From UHGV virus genome UHGV-0144957: DNA of 50,831 bases; one strand, written 5' to 3'. Made by a program: the position numbers and the translations under genes. Under the pieces are notes generated by a model. The model made no database searches, was not told the DNA's origin, and saw nothing but the letters and a program-made list of their open reading frames with translations. Source of the stretch: a virus. Positions 1 through 7,618 of the stretch are shown in pieces; the first letter of the stretch is position 1; each line of letters opens with the position of its first letter.

Positions 1-156
1 AGAACCAAAGGATAGAATTTTACCTGCGGCATCCAGCAGGTCGGCACCTCGCAGGTAGGCACCCCGAAGGTTGGCCCTTTCACCACCTTCTTCATTTTTC
101 AGCCATTTTGCATGACGCTGTAAAATTTCTATTTCTTTTTTCGTGAGTTCGCGCAT
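1..156 (-). CDS. pentapeptide-repeat protein (5' part only; gene continues beyond window start)
   Basis: Minus-strand ORF starting ATG at 154-156 after the RBS GAGGTGG. The translation MRELTKKEIEILQRHAKWLKNEEGGERANLRGAYLRGADLLDAAGKILSFGS shows A(N/D)LxG pentapeptide repeats. It is below the track length cut-off because it is truncated by the window edge. Confidence 0.45.
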   Translation of the reverse strand, partial: MRELTKKEIEILQRHAKWLKNEEGGERANLRGAYLRGADLLDAAGKILSFGS

Positions 157-432
157 AGTTCCACCTCAATATGCTATTAAAAAGGCCCCTTGTCGGGGCC
201 ATGAAATTCAGGTTCATCGGGAATGGTACGGTCTACGCTTTCGCGTTCCGCGTCGTACATGTCGGCTTCCGGCTTCATTGCATGGCCTCCATTCCGTATA
301 AGAGCTGTGGAAGAATGCAGATCCCAAGCATGACCGACATAAAGATGATGACCGCTGCAACCCTAGCCCGGTCAACCTTCTTTCTAGGCCGTTTCAGTGA
401 TACCTTGGCGTGCTTCATGTAAACGTTGGAAA

Positions 433-678
433 TCATGCCGCCACCCCCACCTTTTCAAGAACAGCGTCGATTCCGCCAGCCTCATCGACAAGGAGGCAGT
501 CCGTAATGGGCCATGTTGGGACGAGTTCCCCATTGTCCCATTCCGCCGCCCAGAGGTTCCAGCCGTCCCGTGTAGCCTTGAGGAACGACATCACGGCTGC
601 GGATGAATTGAAAAAGCGTCTGACCGTCCCGCCGTAGAGCGAGTTCCCGGTTTCGATGCAGAAGAATGTTTGAGCCAT
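433..678 (-). CDS. hypothetical protein (81 aa)
   Basis: ORF track. It is preceded by junction repeat B and an RBS (GGAGAAAAATT-ATG), and is followed by two tiny overlapping minus-strand ORFs (ATGA overlaps) in a polycistronic arrangement. Confidence 0.4.
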   Translation of the reverse strand: MAQTFFCIETGNSLYGGTVRRFFNSSAAVMSFLKATRDGWNLWAAEWDNGELVPTWPITDCLLVDEAGGIDAVLEKVGVAA

Positions 679-707
679 AATTTTTCTCCTACGTTGAAGT
701 TTGGATT

Positions 708-762
708 GTTCCCAATCCCGATCAAAAAGCCCCGATTCATCGGGGCTTCTACGGGGCTAGGC
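708..762 (-). repeat. cassette-junction repeat B: GCC-TAG-CCCC stop box + GC hairpin + GGGATTGGGA box
   Basis: Read on the minus strand: GCCTAGCCCCGTAGAAGCCCCGATGAATCGGGGCTTTTTGATCGGGATTGGGAA. The TAG is the stop codon of ORF 757-1038. Confidence 0.6.
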
Positions 763-1038
763 AGGAATGATTTCTTTGATGCAGCAAGCGGGAACGCCAC
801 AACAGCTGATGTTAGCTTCCTTCCTATCAAAATAGGCAACGGTCACTACCCAACCACCTTTTTCAAACCCCAACACAACACCTCGAACGCCTTCCGTGTC
901 CACCACTTCATCGCCACGTTTTAATGAAGTGATTTTGTGAATCCAAGAAAGGCATTCTTTTTCTGATTCAAACTTTGTGGTTTCCGATTTTTCTTGCAAT
1001 TTTTGCAGCATTGATTCCAGAAATTCCTTTTCATTCAT
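757..1038 (-). CDS. hypothetical protein (94 aa; start moved to MNEKEF...)
   Basis: The first 36 codons of track ORF 757..1146 translate junction repeat A. An internal ATG at 1036-1038 follows the RBS AAAGGAGTG. The gene ends with ...IIPA encoded by ATT CCT GCC TAG. Confidence 0.5.
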   Translation of the reverse strand: MNEKEFLESMLQKLQEKSETTKFESEKECLSWIHKITSLKRGDEVVDTEGVRGVVLGFEKGGWVVTVAYFDRKEANISCCGVPACCIKEIIPA

Positions 1039-1068
1039 TTCAGCACTCCTTTTTTTTCGAGATTGATT

Positions 1069-1124
1069 TATCCCAATCCCAATGAAAAAGCCCGGTTGTT
1101 TCGGGCTTTTCGATGGGGCTAGGC
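1069..1124 (-). repeat. cassette-junction repeat A
   Basis: Minus strand: GCCTAGCCCCATCGAAAAGCCCGAAACAACCGGGCTTTTTCATTGGGATTGGGATAAATC. It has a terminator-like hairpin with a T-run. The TAG is the stop codon of ORF 1119-1343. Confidence 0.6.
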
Positions 1125-1343
1125 TCCATGCTTTTTTATGTAGCAATCTCTACATAAATACGGAGAATTGTAGGTTATCGCGATGTTCGATTCATCAGTA
1201 TACTGTACAGGATTTGGTTCTTTGCATCCGCATTCTTCGCATCTTCCGGCATAGTGCCGCGGCTTGCTGTACTTTTTCAGCAAGCGTTGCTGCTTTTGCT
1301 GTTCACGAAAAATACGCCGCTGCATTCTTTCCATTGCGTTCAT
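1119..1343 (-). CDS. small zinc-ribbon-like protein (74 aa)
   Basis: ORF track. The translation has two CxxC pairs (CEECGC...CRDC) and ends ...KKHGA* with GCC TAG inside junction repeat A. Confidence 0.5.
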   Translation of the reverse strand: MNAMERMQRRIFREQQKQQRLLKKYSKPRHYAGRCEECGCKEPNPVQYTDESNIAITYNSPYLCRDCYIKKHGA

Positions 1344-1349
1344 TATCTA

Positions 1350-1372
1350 TCCTTTCCGGTTTGGTTTTTCGA
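1350..1372 (-). repeat. cassette-junction repeat D (stop-box half only)
   Basis: GCCTAGCCCCATCGAAAAACC. It lacks the hairpin and the GGGATTGGG box and is followed directly by RBS GGAAAGGATAGATA-ATG of ORF 1119-1343. The TAG is the stop of ORF 1378-1656. Confidence 0.5.
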
Positions 1373-1377
1373 TGGGG

Positions 1378-1656
1378 CTAGGCGGGAAGTAAATTTACTT
1401 CTTTTACAGGCATCCAAGGGCAGTCGCTATCTATGTAGTACCTGCGCCCTGAGCAGTAGAGGCCCTCGTTGTCTGCCCGCTCCATAACCTTCGTTATAGT
1501 CATGCCTTCAAAAATACAGCCGTAATCATTTATATATGTTACCTTATCGCCAACTTTGAATTTCAGTTCTTTGCCATTTTCAGGGGGAAATGGCTTTATT
1601 TCATCATGCTCTTTAATTAAACGCGCTATCGCTTCGTGATGACTGATACATTCCAT
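1378..1656 (-). CDS. hypothetical protein (92 aa)
   Basis: ORF track. RBS GAGGGACTACTC-ATG. It ends ...NLLPA* with GCC TAG in junction repeat D. Confidence 0.5.
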   Translation of the reverse strand: MECISHHEAIARLIKEHDEIKPFPPENGKELKFKVGDKVTYINDYGCIFEGMTITKVMERADNEGLYCSGRRYYIDSDCPWMPVKEVNLLPA

Positions 1657-1818
1657 GAGTAGTCCCTCTATCGGAATTCAATAAATCAAGGTTATTCAAT
1701 TCCTTTCTCATTTCTCTGCCCCGGCTTGCTTCTTCCGCCGGGGGCTCAGGCTTGCCGCTGGTGTCCAGCTTCGGGCCTTCATCGCGCTGCTTGTCAAAGA
1801 ACCGTGCGTCGCTATGAG

Positions 1819-2046
1819 CTACCAAGCCCTGTACAGCGTCGCCGGAAAGTCGATTCCGGGGCGCACGCCGAAATATGCGGGCGTCCATTCGGCATCGTCA
1901 TCCCAAGGTTCAGCCTGAGCCTCTTCTTCGCCGGGAAAGTCGTTGATGTACTGGCGGGCATCTTCGAGGCAGTCGAGATGTTCGATTTCGATTGCTCCGG
2001 TTGATGTCACTGTCAGAACTGTGCAGGGCGTAGAAAAATCGGTCAT
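1819..2046 (-). CDS. acidic hypothetical protein (75 aa)
   Basis: ORF track. RBS AAAAGGAGAACAGCC-ATG lies immediately downstream of junction repeat C. The product is rich in Asp, Glu and Trp. Confidence 0.45.
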   Translation of the reverse strand: MTDFSTPCTVLTVTSTGAIEIEHLDCLEDARQYINDFPGEEEAQAEPWDDDAEWTPAYFGVRPGIDFPATLYRAW

Positions 2047-2069
2047 GGCTGTTCTCCTTTTCGGGCTTG

Positions 2070-2123
2070 AATCCCAATCCCGGTTGCTACCCCGAAGAAT
2101 CGGGGCAGGGGCCGGGGCTAGGC
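2070..2123 (-). repeat. cassette-junction repeat C
   Basis: Minus strand: GCCTAGCCCCGGCCCCTGCCCCGATTCTTCGGGGTAGCAACCGGGATTGGGATTCAAG. The TAG is the stop of ORF 2118-2363. Confidence 0.6.
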
Positions 2124-2363
2124 GGCAATAAAGAAACGGCTGGGCAAGTCCATAAGTTCGAGTTCTTCACAGTCGATCCAGCGTTCAAAGGCTTCCGCAT
2201 CCCTCTTCTCCAGTTCGTCCATGATCCAGCCGCGAACCATCATTTCTTCCAGCAGATTTTCCCTGCTCGTGCAGTTTGTGGCCTCGAACATCTCGCAAAG
2301 TTGAGCCGTCGAGCGATTGGCGATAATGGCGCGGGCGATATTTTCCTTTCTCTGAGCGTTCAT
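2118..2363 (-). CDS. hypothetical protein (81 aa)
   Basis: ORF track. Strong RBS AAAGGAG 7 nt before the ATG. It ends ...FFIAA* with GCC TAG in junction repeat C. Confidence 0.5.
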   Translation of the reverse strand: MNAQRKENIARAIIANRSTAQLCEMFEATNCTSRENLLEEMMVRGWIMDELEKRDAEAFERWIDCEELELMDLPSRFFIAA

Positions 2364-2406
2364 TCTGTTTTCTCCTTTGGGGGTTCGTCCCCCTTTCGTT
2401 AAAAAC

Positions 2407-2436
2407 AGTATAGGTAATTTTTACCTCTTTTGTCAA
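2407..2436 (-). promoter_or_regulatory. sigma70-like promoter TTGACA-N18-TATACT with 15-bp palindromic operator AGGTAATTTTTACCT (2412-2426) in the spacer
   Basis: Minus-strand read: TTGACAAAAGAGGTAAAAATTACCTATACTG. A 5'-UTR hairpin GGGGGACGAACCCCC and RBS follow. Confidence 0.5.
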
Positions 2437-2527
2437 TATTTATTTAGCAAAAAAATTACCTAAAATTTTAAAATAAAAAAGGCCAGCATTTTGCCAGCCT
2501 TTTTGATATGAGCTTTCAGGAGATGAA

Positions 2528-2872
2528 CTATTTAATAGCCGCTAACCTAGCTTCTTCCTGTACTCGTTCAGCGTATTTAATCGCTTGGTCAAAAACCTTT
2601 TTCCACGGCAGGCCCACAGCCTCGCATAAGTTCAGGATGTCAGTGCCCCGCAGTTGTTGGGGCTTTCTGTTCTCACCTGCTCCTTGTCCTTTACGTATAG
2701 ACTGAACCTTACGCCTTGCATCTGCCACGTGAGGGAACGCCAACTTACCGAGCGAAGATTCGGTCATGTTACGTGAAGACCGCTCTTCCTCGATCTGGCT
2801 TCTGACGGATTCTTCAAAGGCCGCCATACCTATTTCGTTGAGCATACGAAATTCTCCTTTTCCCCTCATCAT
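2528..2872 (-). CDS. hypothetical protein (114 aa; start moved to MMRGKG...)
   Basis: Track ORF 2528..3196 is far too long. The upstream part runs through a second operator palindrome (AGGTAACTTTTACCT, 2922-2936) and a TTGACT box. An internal ATGATG at 2872 follows the RBS AAAGGAG. Confidence 0.4.
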   Translation of the reverse strand: MMRGKGEFRMLNEIGMAAFEESVRSQIEEERSSRNMTESSLGKLAFPHVADARRKVQSIRKGQGAGENRKPQQLRGTDILNLCEAVGLPWKKVFDQAIKYAERVQEEARLAAIK

Positions 2873-3663
2873 AGCAAAAATAACTCCTTTCTGAATTGCG
2901 TGATTTTTTTGCTTGACTGTGAGGTAACTTTTACCTAAAACGAAGTCAAGGCCACCCGGCGAGAACGGCCCCAGCGTATCCGTAAATACCCCACCGCCGC
3001 CGGGTGCGCCTTGCTGATAGCGGCCTTTCCCCTCCGGTGTAGTGGGGAACGCGAGTCGTCTTGCGAAGTAGACGACGGGGAATGTCTGGACGGTATTCAG
3101 ACGGTGGCGGACTTCCCTTGATTCAAAATCCCCCGAAGCCACGAAGCGAGTGTCGGGGTGTCCAGAGACGAAAGTGGAGAAGGGACAATCTCGCAAGACG
3201 GCGCATCAGCCGGAAAGCTCCAAGGCCACAGCATGATGCCTGCGTGTGGCTGCCGAAGCGATAGGGACGGCTCCATACCTGAACCTGTCGAGGCAATGTC
3301 CTGCCCCCGTGTGACAGCGGGTAAGGGCGAGACTTGCCTTTGCTCCTGAGACTCACCACCCTGAACTCAGGGAAAGTCAAAATGCCTTTCTACCTTGCTT
3401 AGTTTTATGTGTAGTTTATGAGCAATTTATGGGATTTTATGAGTTTTAATAAAATTAATATTTCCCATATGATACACTCATTTTATAGTCCGAATAAAAC
3501 CATTTTAATAATCGCTCTTTGACAACCAGCCCCGACGAACCCGCATCCTACGCCATGCCCGGACGTGAACAACGCCGCCTGCCGAAGGATGAACAGGGGG
3601 AGGGATTGAGGACAGAATCCTCTCGCGCTTGGAAGGCAGTTTAGACCGGGGCGCGAAACCTCT

Positions 3664-4098
3664 TCACCAAAACAGAGGTGATGTTCCGGCAGGATAGAAG
3701 CAGAATAGTCGTGGAAAGCATTCCCTGACCATTTTTACAGCCGTATCATCTGGAACATAATTGCAGATAGCAAAGGTTGATTCCGGTTGCCTGTCTGCGT
3801 ATTTTTTGATCCATTGTTGAATGCTCATGACTGCATGGGTTGTATTGGGACACCTAAAACGTTTCATCCCGACGGTATCAACGCCGATATAACGTTTATG
3901 GTTTCGGAAAAACCAGCACTGTGCAGCAAGGTAACAACCAAAATCAATAATAGTGAAATATGGGGGAATAATCTTTGAAATGGCCTCATATTCTTCAATA
4001 AACCCCGCAAAATCACTATCCAATTCGCATCTGTTTTGTGAAAGGATAGATGCAACATCTCTACTTGGGAATTTCCTGTAGAGCGTTTGTGGCTTCAA
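3664..4098 (-). CDS. hypothetical protein (144 aa) on an AT-rich island
   Basis: ORF track. The local composition is markedly AT-richer than its surroundings. I recognise no family for this product. Confidence 0.4.
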   Translation of the reverse strand: MKPQTLYRKFPSRDVASILSQNRCELDSDFAGFIEEYEAISKIIPPYFTIIDFGCYLAAQCWFFRNHKRYIGVDTVGMKRFRCPNTTHAVMSIQQWIKKYADRQPESTFAICNYVPDDTAVKMVRECFPRLFCFYPAGTSPLFW

Positions 4099-4119
4099 TT
4101 TAACCCCCTTTTCATGAGG

Positions 4120-4893
4120 TCAGGCTGCCTTACGGTTCTTTCCGATGTACCTGTTGACGAAATAGACCTGACCTTTTCCGGTGACTTTCGTTGTGAGCGT
4201 GATGCGGACGGAACCGTCAGGATTATTGACGGTACGCTCTTTCAGCTCGAACAGGCCCATTTCCAAGGCCCGCTGTGTCGGGCAATTCCGGCGCTCTCCG
4301 AACTTGATCAGGAATCCATCATTGCGGAGGCGCTCGAAAAGTCGGTTCTGGCCGATGTTCACGCCGTTTTGTTTGAGCAGGGCCGCAAGCTGGCCCACAA
4401 GGATGGAAGACTCCGATGCTGATACTGAATCGGCGAAGAGCTCCTTGGGCTTCATCCGCTGCACATCCTCCTCAAGTTCCACCGTTCGGTTCTTCAAACG
4501 TTCGATTGTTTCCTGCGCGACCAGCACGGCGCGGGCCATGATTGTTTCCGGGGTGTCGTCAGCTTTCGTCAGCATGTAGCCGCCAGTCTTGCGAAGAGAA
4601 GGAATGACCTCTTCGCAAACCCAATCCTGAAATTCTATCGCGGTGGGAAGGTTTGACCGCATGACAAGGCGGTATACGTCGCTTTCCGGGATGATTTTCG
4701 GAGATGGCACCGACGGTGAAACACCCATATTGGAATCATTGATTTTTTTGCAGTGCCTTTGAATAGCGTCTGCCGGATCGGCGTAGCCAAGCGCAACGGC
4801 AACATCCCTTGCCACAAACCACGGCTCGCCGTTGCGCATGACAATGCGAACCTTGCCGAACTCCGCCTTCTCGAAAATCTGCAATTCGTTCAT
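4120..4893 (-). CDS. phage antirepressor, Bro-N domain + KilA-C-like C-terminus
   Basis: The N-terminus NELQIFEKAEFGKVRIVMRNGEPWFVARDVAVALGYADPADAIQRHCKKINDS is a typical Bro-N domain. The C-terminal half resembles phage antirepressor KilA-C. Confidence 0.8.
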   Translation of the reverse strand: MNELQIFEKAEFGKVRIVMRNGEPWFVARDVAVALGYADPADAIQRHCKKINDSNMGVSPSVPSPKIIPESDVYRLVMRSNLPTAIEFQDWVCEEVIPSLRKTGGYMLTKADDTPETIMARAVLVAQETIERLKNRTVELEEDVQRMKPKELFADSVSASESSILVGQLAALLKQNGVNIGQNRLFERLRNDGFLIKFGERRNCPTQRALEMGLFELKERTVNNPDGSVRITLTTKVTGKGQVYFVNRYIGKNRKAA

Positions 4894-5077
4894 TCATCAC
4901 TTCCTTTGCTGTGGTCAAAAAGCACCCGGCGAGGCCAATCCCCGCCGGGGCGCGCTCCCCATGCGGCACATCTAAACGCATGGTTCGGCGCAACGCGCAT
5001 TGTCGCTGCGCCTTTCATGCGGGGCGGTGAATTGTCGAAAAGTCAACTGACCGCCCGTAATTTAGATATTTCGCTTT

Positions 5078-5233
5078 TTATTCTTCCCTTTTCTTCAACA
5101 AAGGCCAGAGCATAACAAACACGCCGGATACAAAAAACAGGTCACTGACTACAGACATGAGCATGTTCGTAAAGTCGATGCCCACGGCACACAGTCCACA
5201 AGCAATTGCTCCAGCAACGCGCCAGTTAAACAT
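5078..5233 (-). CDS. small hydrophobic protein (51 aa, 2 predicted TM helices)
   Basis: ATG at 5231-5233 overlaps the TerB-like stop (ATGTTTAA coupling). The product is MFNWRVAGAIACGLCAVGIDF...VMLWPLLKKREE. No clear SD sequence. Confidence 0.3.
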   Translation of the reverse strand: MFNWRVAGAIACGLCAVGIDFTNMLMSVVSDLFFVSGVFVMLWPLLKKREE

Positions 5234-5678
5234 TTTCGAGCCCGTAATCACGCAGGTTGATGCCAAGCATAGAGGCAACTTCCTTGAGTACCTTAACCTC
5301 TTCGGGCTCAATTTCGCCGTCAGATTCGGCGATAGTCACCATGACATTGAAGCATAAAAGCTTTTCGTCAGGGTTGGCCTTGAGGTCTTCGATTTCCTTC
5401 ATGGCCTTCTGGCGGCCAATACGGAAACCGGTTTCAAACTGCATTCTGAACCGGTTGATAGTTTCACTGATCTCGCTTCCGAAGTGTTGCAGTTCAGGCA
5501 GCGCATTGATGGTCTTGTCGAGCTTGGCAAGTTCCGCGTCTTCGCATTCACCGTCAGCGTAGGCGACCAAAAGAGCGCCGCCGACGATGGCTTGCATGAG
5601 GTCGCGGTTTTCAACCTTGGCAAGTTCTGCTTTGCCTTCCTGAACCTTTTTGCCGAACATCTTACTAAAGAATCCCAT
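5226..5678 (-). CDS. TerB-like (tellurite-resistance TerB family) protein
   Basis: Two acidic DG-E helix-repeat motifs, LLVAYADGECEDAEL and MVTIAESDGEIEPEEVKVLKEV, are typical of the TerB fold. Recognition is by eye. Confidence 0.5.
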   Translation of the reverse strand: MGFFSKMFGKKVQEGKAELAKVENRDLMQAIVGGALLVAYADGECEDAELAKLDKTINALPELQHFGSEISETINRFRMQFETGFRIGRQKAMKEIEDLKANPDEKLLCFNVMVTIAESDGEIEPEEVKVLKEVASMLGINLRDYGLENV

Positions 5679-5840
5679 TTAATTCGCCCTTATGTTTGAG
5701 TTTTACGCTGCTATGGTCGGTCAACAGCTACCTTGCGCCCTTTCGGGGTACGTCATTCCTCATGACGCCTTTTCTCGCACCATACCCCCGAAGGGCACCT
5801 TGTCCTTTGCCTTCTGAATCGGAACGCCGTTCTGTGTTGA

Positions 5841-5926
5841 GGGAAGGAAAGGGATTTGAACCCTTGGAGGAGCTTATCCCTCTACGGTTTTCACCGCTGC
5901 AATCGGCCTCTCTGCCATCCTTCCTT
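5841..5926 (-). tRNA. tRNA-like element, type II (long extra arm), no canonical 7-nt anticodon loop
   Basis: Minus-strand read: GGAAGGATGGCAGAGAGGCCGATTGCAGCGGTGAAAACCGTAGAGGGATAAGCTCCTCCAAGGGTTCAAATCCCTTTCCTTCCC. The acceptor stem is a perfect 7 bp (GGAAGGA/TCCTTCC). The T-arm is perfect (AAGGG-TTCAAAT-CCCTT). A D-arm is present. The arm at the anticodon position folds as GCGGT-GAAA-ACCGT with a 4-nt loop. The 3' CCA is not encoded. Confidence 0.45.
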
Positions 5927-6002
5927 TGGTGGGAATGCCGGGATTTGAACCCGAAACCCGCAGATTATGAGTCTGACGCTCTGCCCATTGAGCTACATTC
6001 CC
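5927..6002 (-). tRNA. tRNA-Met (anticodon CAT), CCA encoded
   Basis: Minus-strand read: GGGAATGTAGCTCAATGGGCAGAGCGTCAGACTCATAATCTGCGGGTTTCGGGTTCAAATCCCGGCATTCCCACCA. Cloverleaf with a 7-bp acceptor stem, D stem GCTC/GAGC, anticodon loop CTCATAA and T loop TTCAAAT. It could equally be a tRNA-Ile(LAU)-type. Confidence 0.75.
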
Positions 6003-6295
6003 TAGTCTCTGAACCTCACCAACTCCATTTTTAGCCTCGTTCGTGCGCTCTACTTGCCTGTAAGCGTTCGATTGCTCCCTACCGCTGAGAATTGGCTTCC
6101 TCCGCCCGACTCCAGCTTTAAGCGGGCCGTTGCCGCGCCATGTTCGCCTTCCCCGGTCGTCGTGGGAAAATAGTCTCTAAAAAGAAACTTTATGTCAATA
6201 GTTTTTCGCATAAAAGATATTTAAACGACGTTTAGAATTTTCTTTTATGAGACTGAAAAGGCGTCAACATTGCTAACCAATTGGACAAAGGGCAT

Positions 6296-6323
6296 AAAAA
6301 AAGCCCCTCATAGTGAGGGGCAG
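6296..6323 (-). terminator. rho-independent terminator downstream of the cI-like gene
   Basis: Minus-strand hairpin GCCCCTCACTATGAGGGGC followed by TTTTTTT. Confidence 0.5.
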
Positions 6324-6400
6324 GAAATGGTTATGGCAGAACCAACAGATTTATATCACTTGTTTTATAAAGTTAATAATTACTATGTGTTATCGTTGAA

Positions 6401-7030
6401 TTATATCACTCTCCCGAACCAACGAACCCGGCCATAAACACGAAAGTTTTCAAGATCCGTACCTTCTACAGCTACGTCTACAAAGTCGCGATTTTCCGAG
6501 CGCAGGAGCCAGCCGCGCGGAGTCCTCTGAACACGTTTAACAAGGAGCTCCTCCCCAAAACCTACAAGAAAGATTTCTCCATCCTTCAAGTCTTTTGTGG
6601 ATTGATCAACGAGAATGGTGTCTTTGTGACGGATAAGGGGTTCCATGCTGTGTCCGAGGACATCCATCATGACAGAATCCTTAGAATGAATGCCCACTCG
6701 ACAAAGAAAATCGTCCCGAAATGCGTACATCCCTAGAACATCATCCGAGGTGACAAGCGAAGAACCTGCTCCCGCTTGTGCTGAAACCTTGGGGATGAGT
6801 GTAAAGCCCTCCAGTTTTTCATCCGGCGGAGTAATCCGAAAGCCTAGGCGATCCAACCATTCAATAAGAGCATCGGCCTTTGGTACGCTTGCGCCAGATA
6901 AGAATTTGTAAAATTTTGATTTTTCTGTGTCAGGGTCAACACCAGCCAGTCGCATCAGGGTCGCCTTGTTTCCGCCCCGCCTCTCGATAAGCTGGTTCAA
7001 TTGGTTAAGAATCTTATCGTATTTCTTCAT
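6401..7030 (-). CDS. cI/LexA-like repressor, S24 peptidase family
   Basis: N-terminal HTH region. The C-terminal domain carries the Ser (GHSMEP) and Lys (LLVKR) catalytic-dyad motifs of S24 autoproteases. It is divergent from a Cro-like gene. Confidence 0.85.
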   Translation of the reverse strand: MKKYDKILNQLNQLIERRGGNKATLMRLAGVDPDTEKSKFYKFLSGASVPKADALIEWLDRLGFRITPPDEKLEGFTLIPKVSAQAGAGSSLVTSDDVLGMYAFRDDFLCRVGIHSKDSVMMDVLGHSMEPLIRHKDTILVDQSTKDLKDGEIFLVGFGEELLVKRVQRTPRGWLLRSENRDFVDVAVEGTDLENFRVYGRVRWFGRVI

Positions 7031-7126
7031 AATATTAGGATATTACCATATTGTCTCAAGAAAGATACTGCTGTTTTATGCACAATTTTCTTGACAATTT
7101 GTATCTAAAAAGAGATTTTAAAGGGC
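7031..7126. promoter_or_regulatory. divergent immunity-switch promoter/operator region
   Basis: A 96-bp AT-rich gap between the cI-like and Cro-like genes. It has a TTGACA box (CTTGACAATTTGTATC) and partial dyads (TTGTCTCAAG / TTGACAA). Confidence 0.4.
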
Positions 7127-7363
7127 ATGAAATATACAGAAGCCATTACTTCCTATCTCGATCAGGCAGATGAAACAGGGGACGCTCTCGCAGAACGTTC
7201 CGGTGTTTCAAGGGCGACATTTTACCGAATTTTACGCGGAAACAATGACCCAAGGCTTAGTAGTATCGAAAATCTTTTGAAGGCGGCGGGGTATGTTCTT
7301 GAAGCTATTCCAGCCACCTCCAGCACGCCCAGCGAATCCGAAAAGGTAAGCCATGTTGGGTGA
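7127..7363 (+). CDS. Cro-like HTH (XRE-family) regulator
   Basis: 78 aa. The HTH is LAERSGVSRATFYRILRGNN. The gene is positioned as cro, opposite the cI-like gene. Confidence 0.7.
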   Translation: MKYTEAITSYLDQADETGDALAERSGVSRATFYRILRGNNDPRLSSIENLLKAAGYVLEAIPATSSTPSESEKVSHVG

Positions 7364-7618
7364 CATTCTGCTTGCGCTTGGCGTCGCTGTCGTCGTGGCC
7401 TTCATCTTTTTCCCGGCGCGCTAACCCTTCCGCGCACCGTCGGGCTACGGCTTCCGGCGTCGGGTAGTCCTCGGCGCGGTATGTCCGCCAGCATGGGCGG
7501 GGTTCGCCGGGAATCAGAATGCGGACGCGCCAGACGTCGCCGTGCCGGGTGAGGAGCAAATGGATAACTGATTCCATATCCCCATTAAAGCATGAGGATA
7601 CATCAAGGGAAATGATCG

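Noticed and set aside
171-422. 83-aa plus-strand ORF and similar short plus-strand ORFs in 1-5700
   Set aside because: The region is densely occupied by minus-strand genes with RBSs and junction repeats. The plus-frame ORFs lack starts and RBSs and overlap those genes.
430-2130. Interpretation of the left-end junction repeats as integron attC sites
   Set aside because: There is no integron integrase or attI nearby. The boxes (GCCTAGCCCC / GGGATTGGGA) do not fit the RYYYAAC / GTTRRRY core sites. The hairpins look like ordinary terminators.
3061-3380. ORFs 3061-3264 (+), 3123-3380 (-), 3158-3349 (+)
   Set aside because: These are overlapping short frames inside the 467-bp intergenic or regulatory gap. 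None has a convincing RBS or protein-like composition.
5841-5926. tRNA-Sec or tRNA-Ser/Leu assignment for the 86-nt element
   Set aside because: It has no UCA or other anticodon in a 7-nt loop. The acceptor stem is 7 bp, not 8. The candidate anticodon arm closes with a 4-nt GAAA loop. It is therefore kept as a tRNA-like element of uncertain function.
5696-6034. 112-aa plus-strand ORF
   Set aside because: It lies entirely over the two tRNA-type genes, so it is an artefact.
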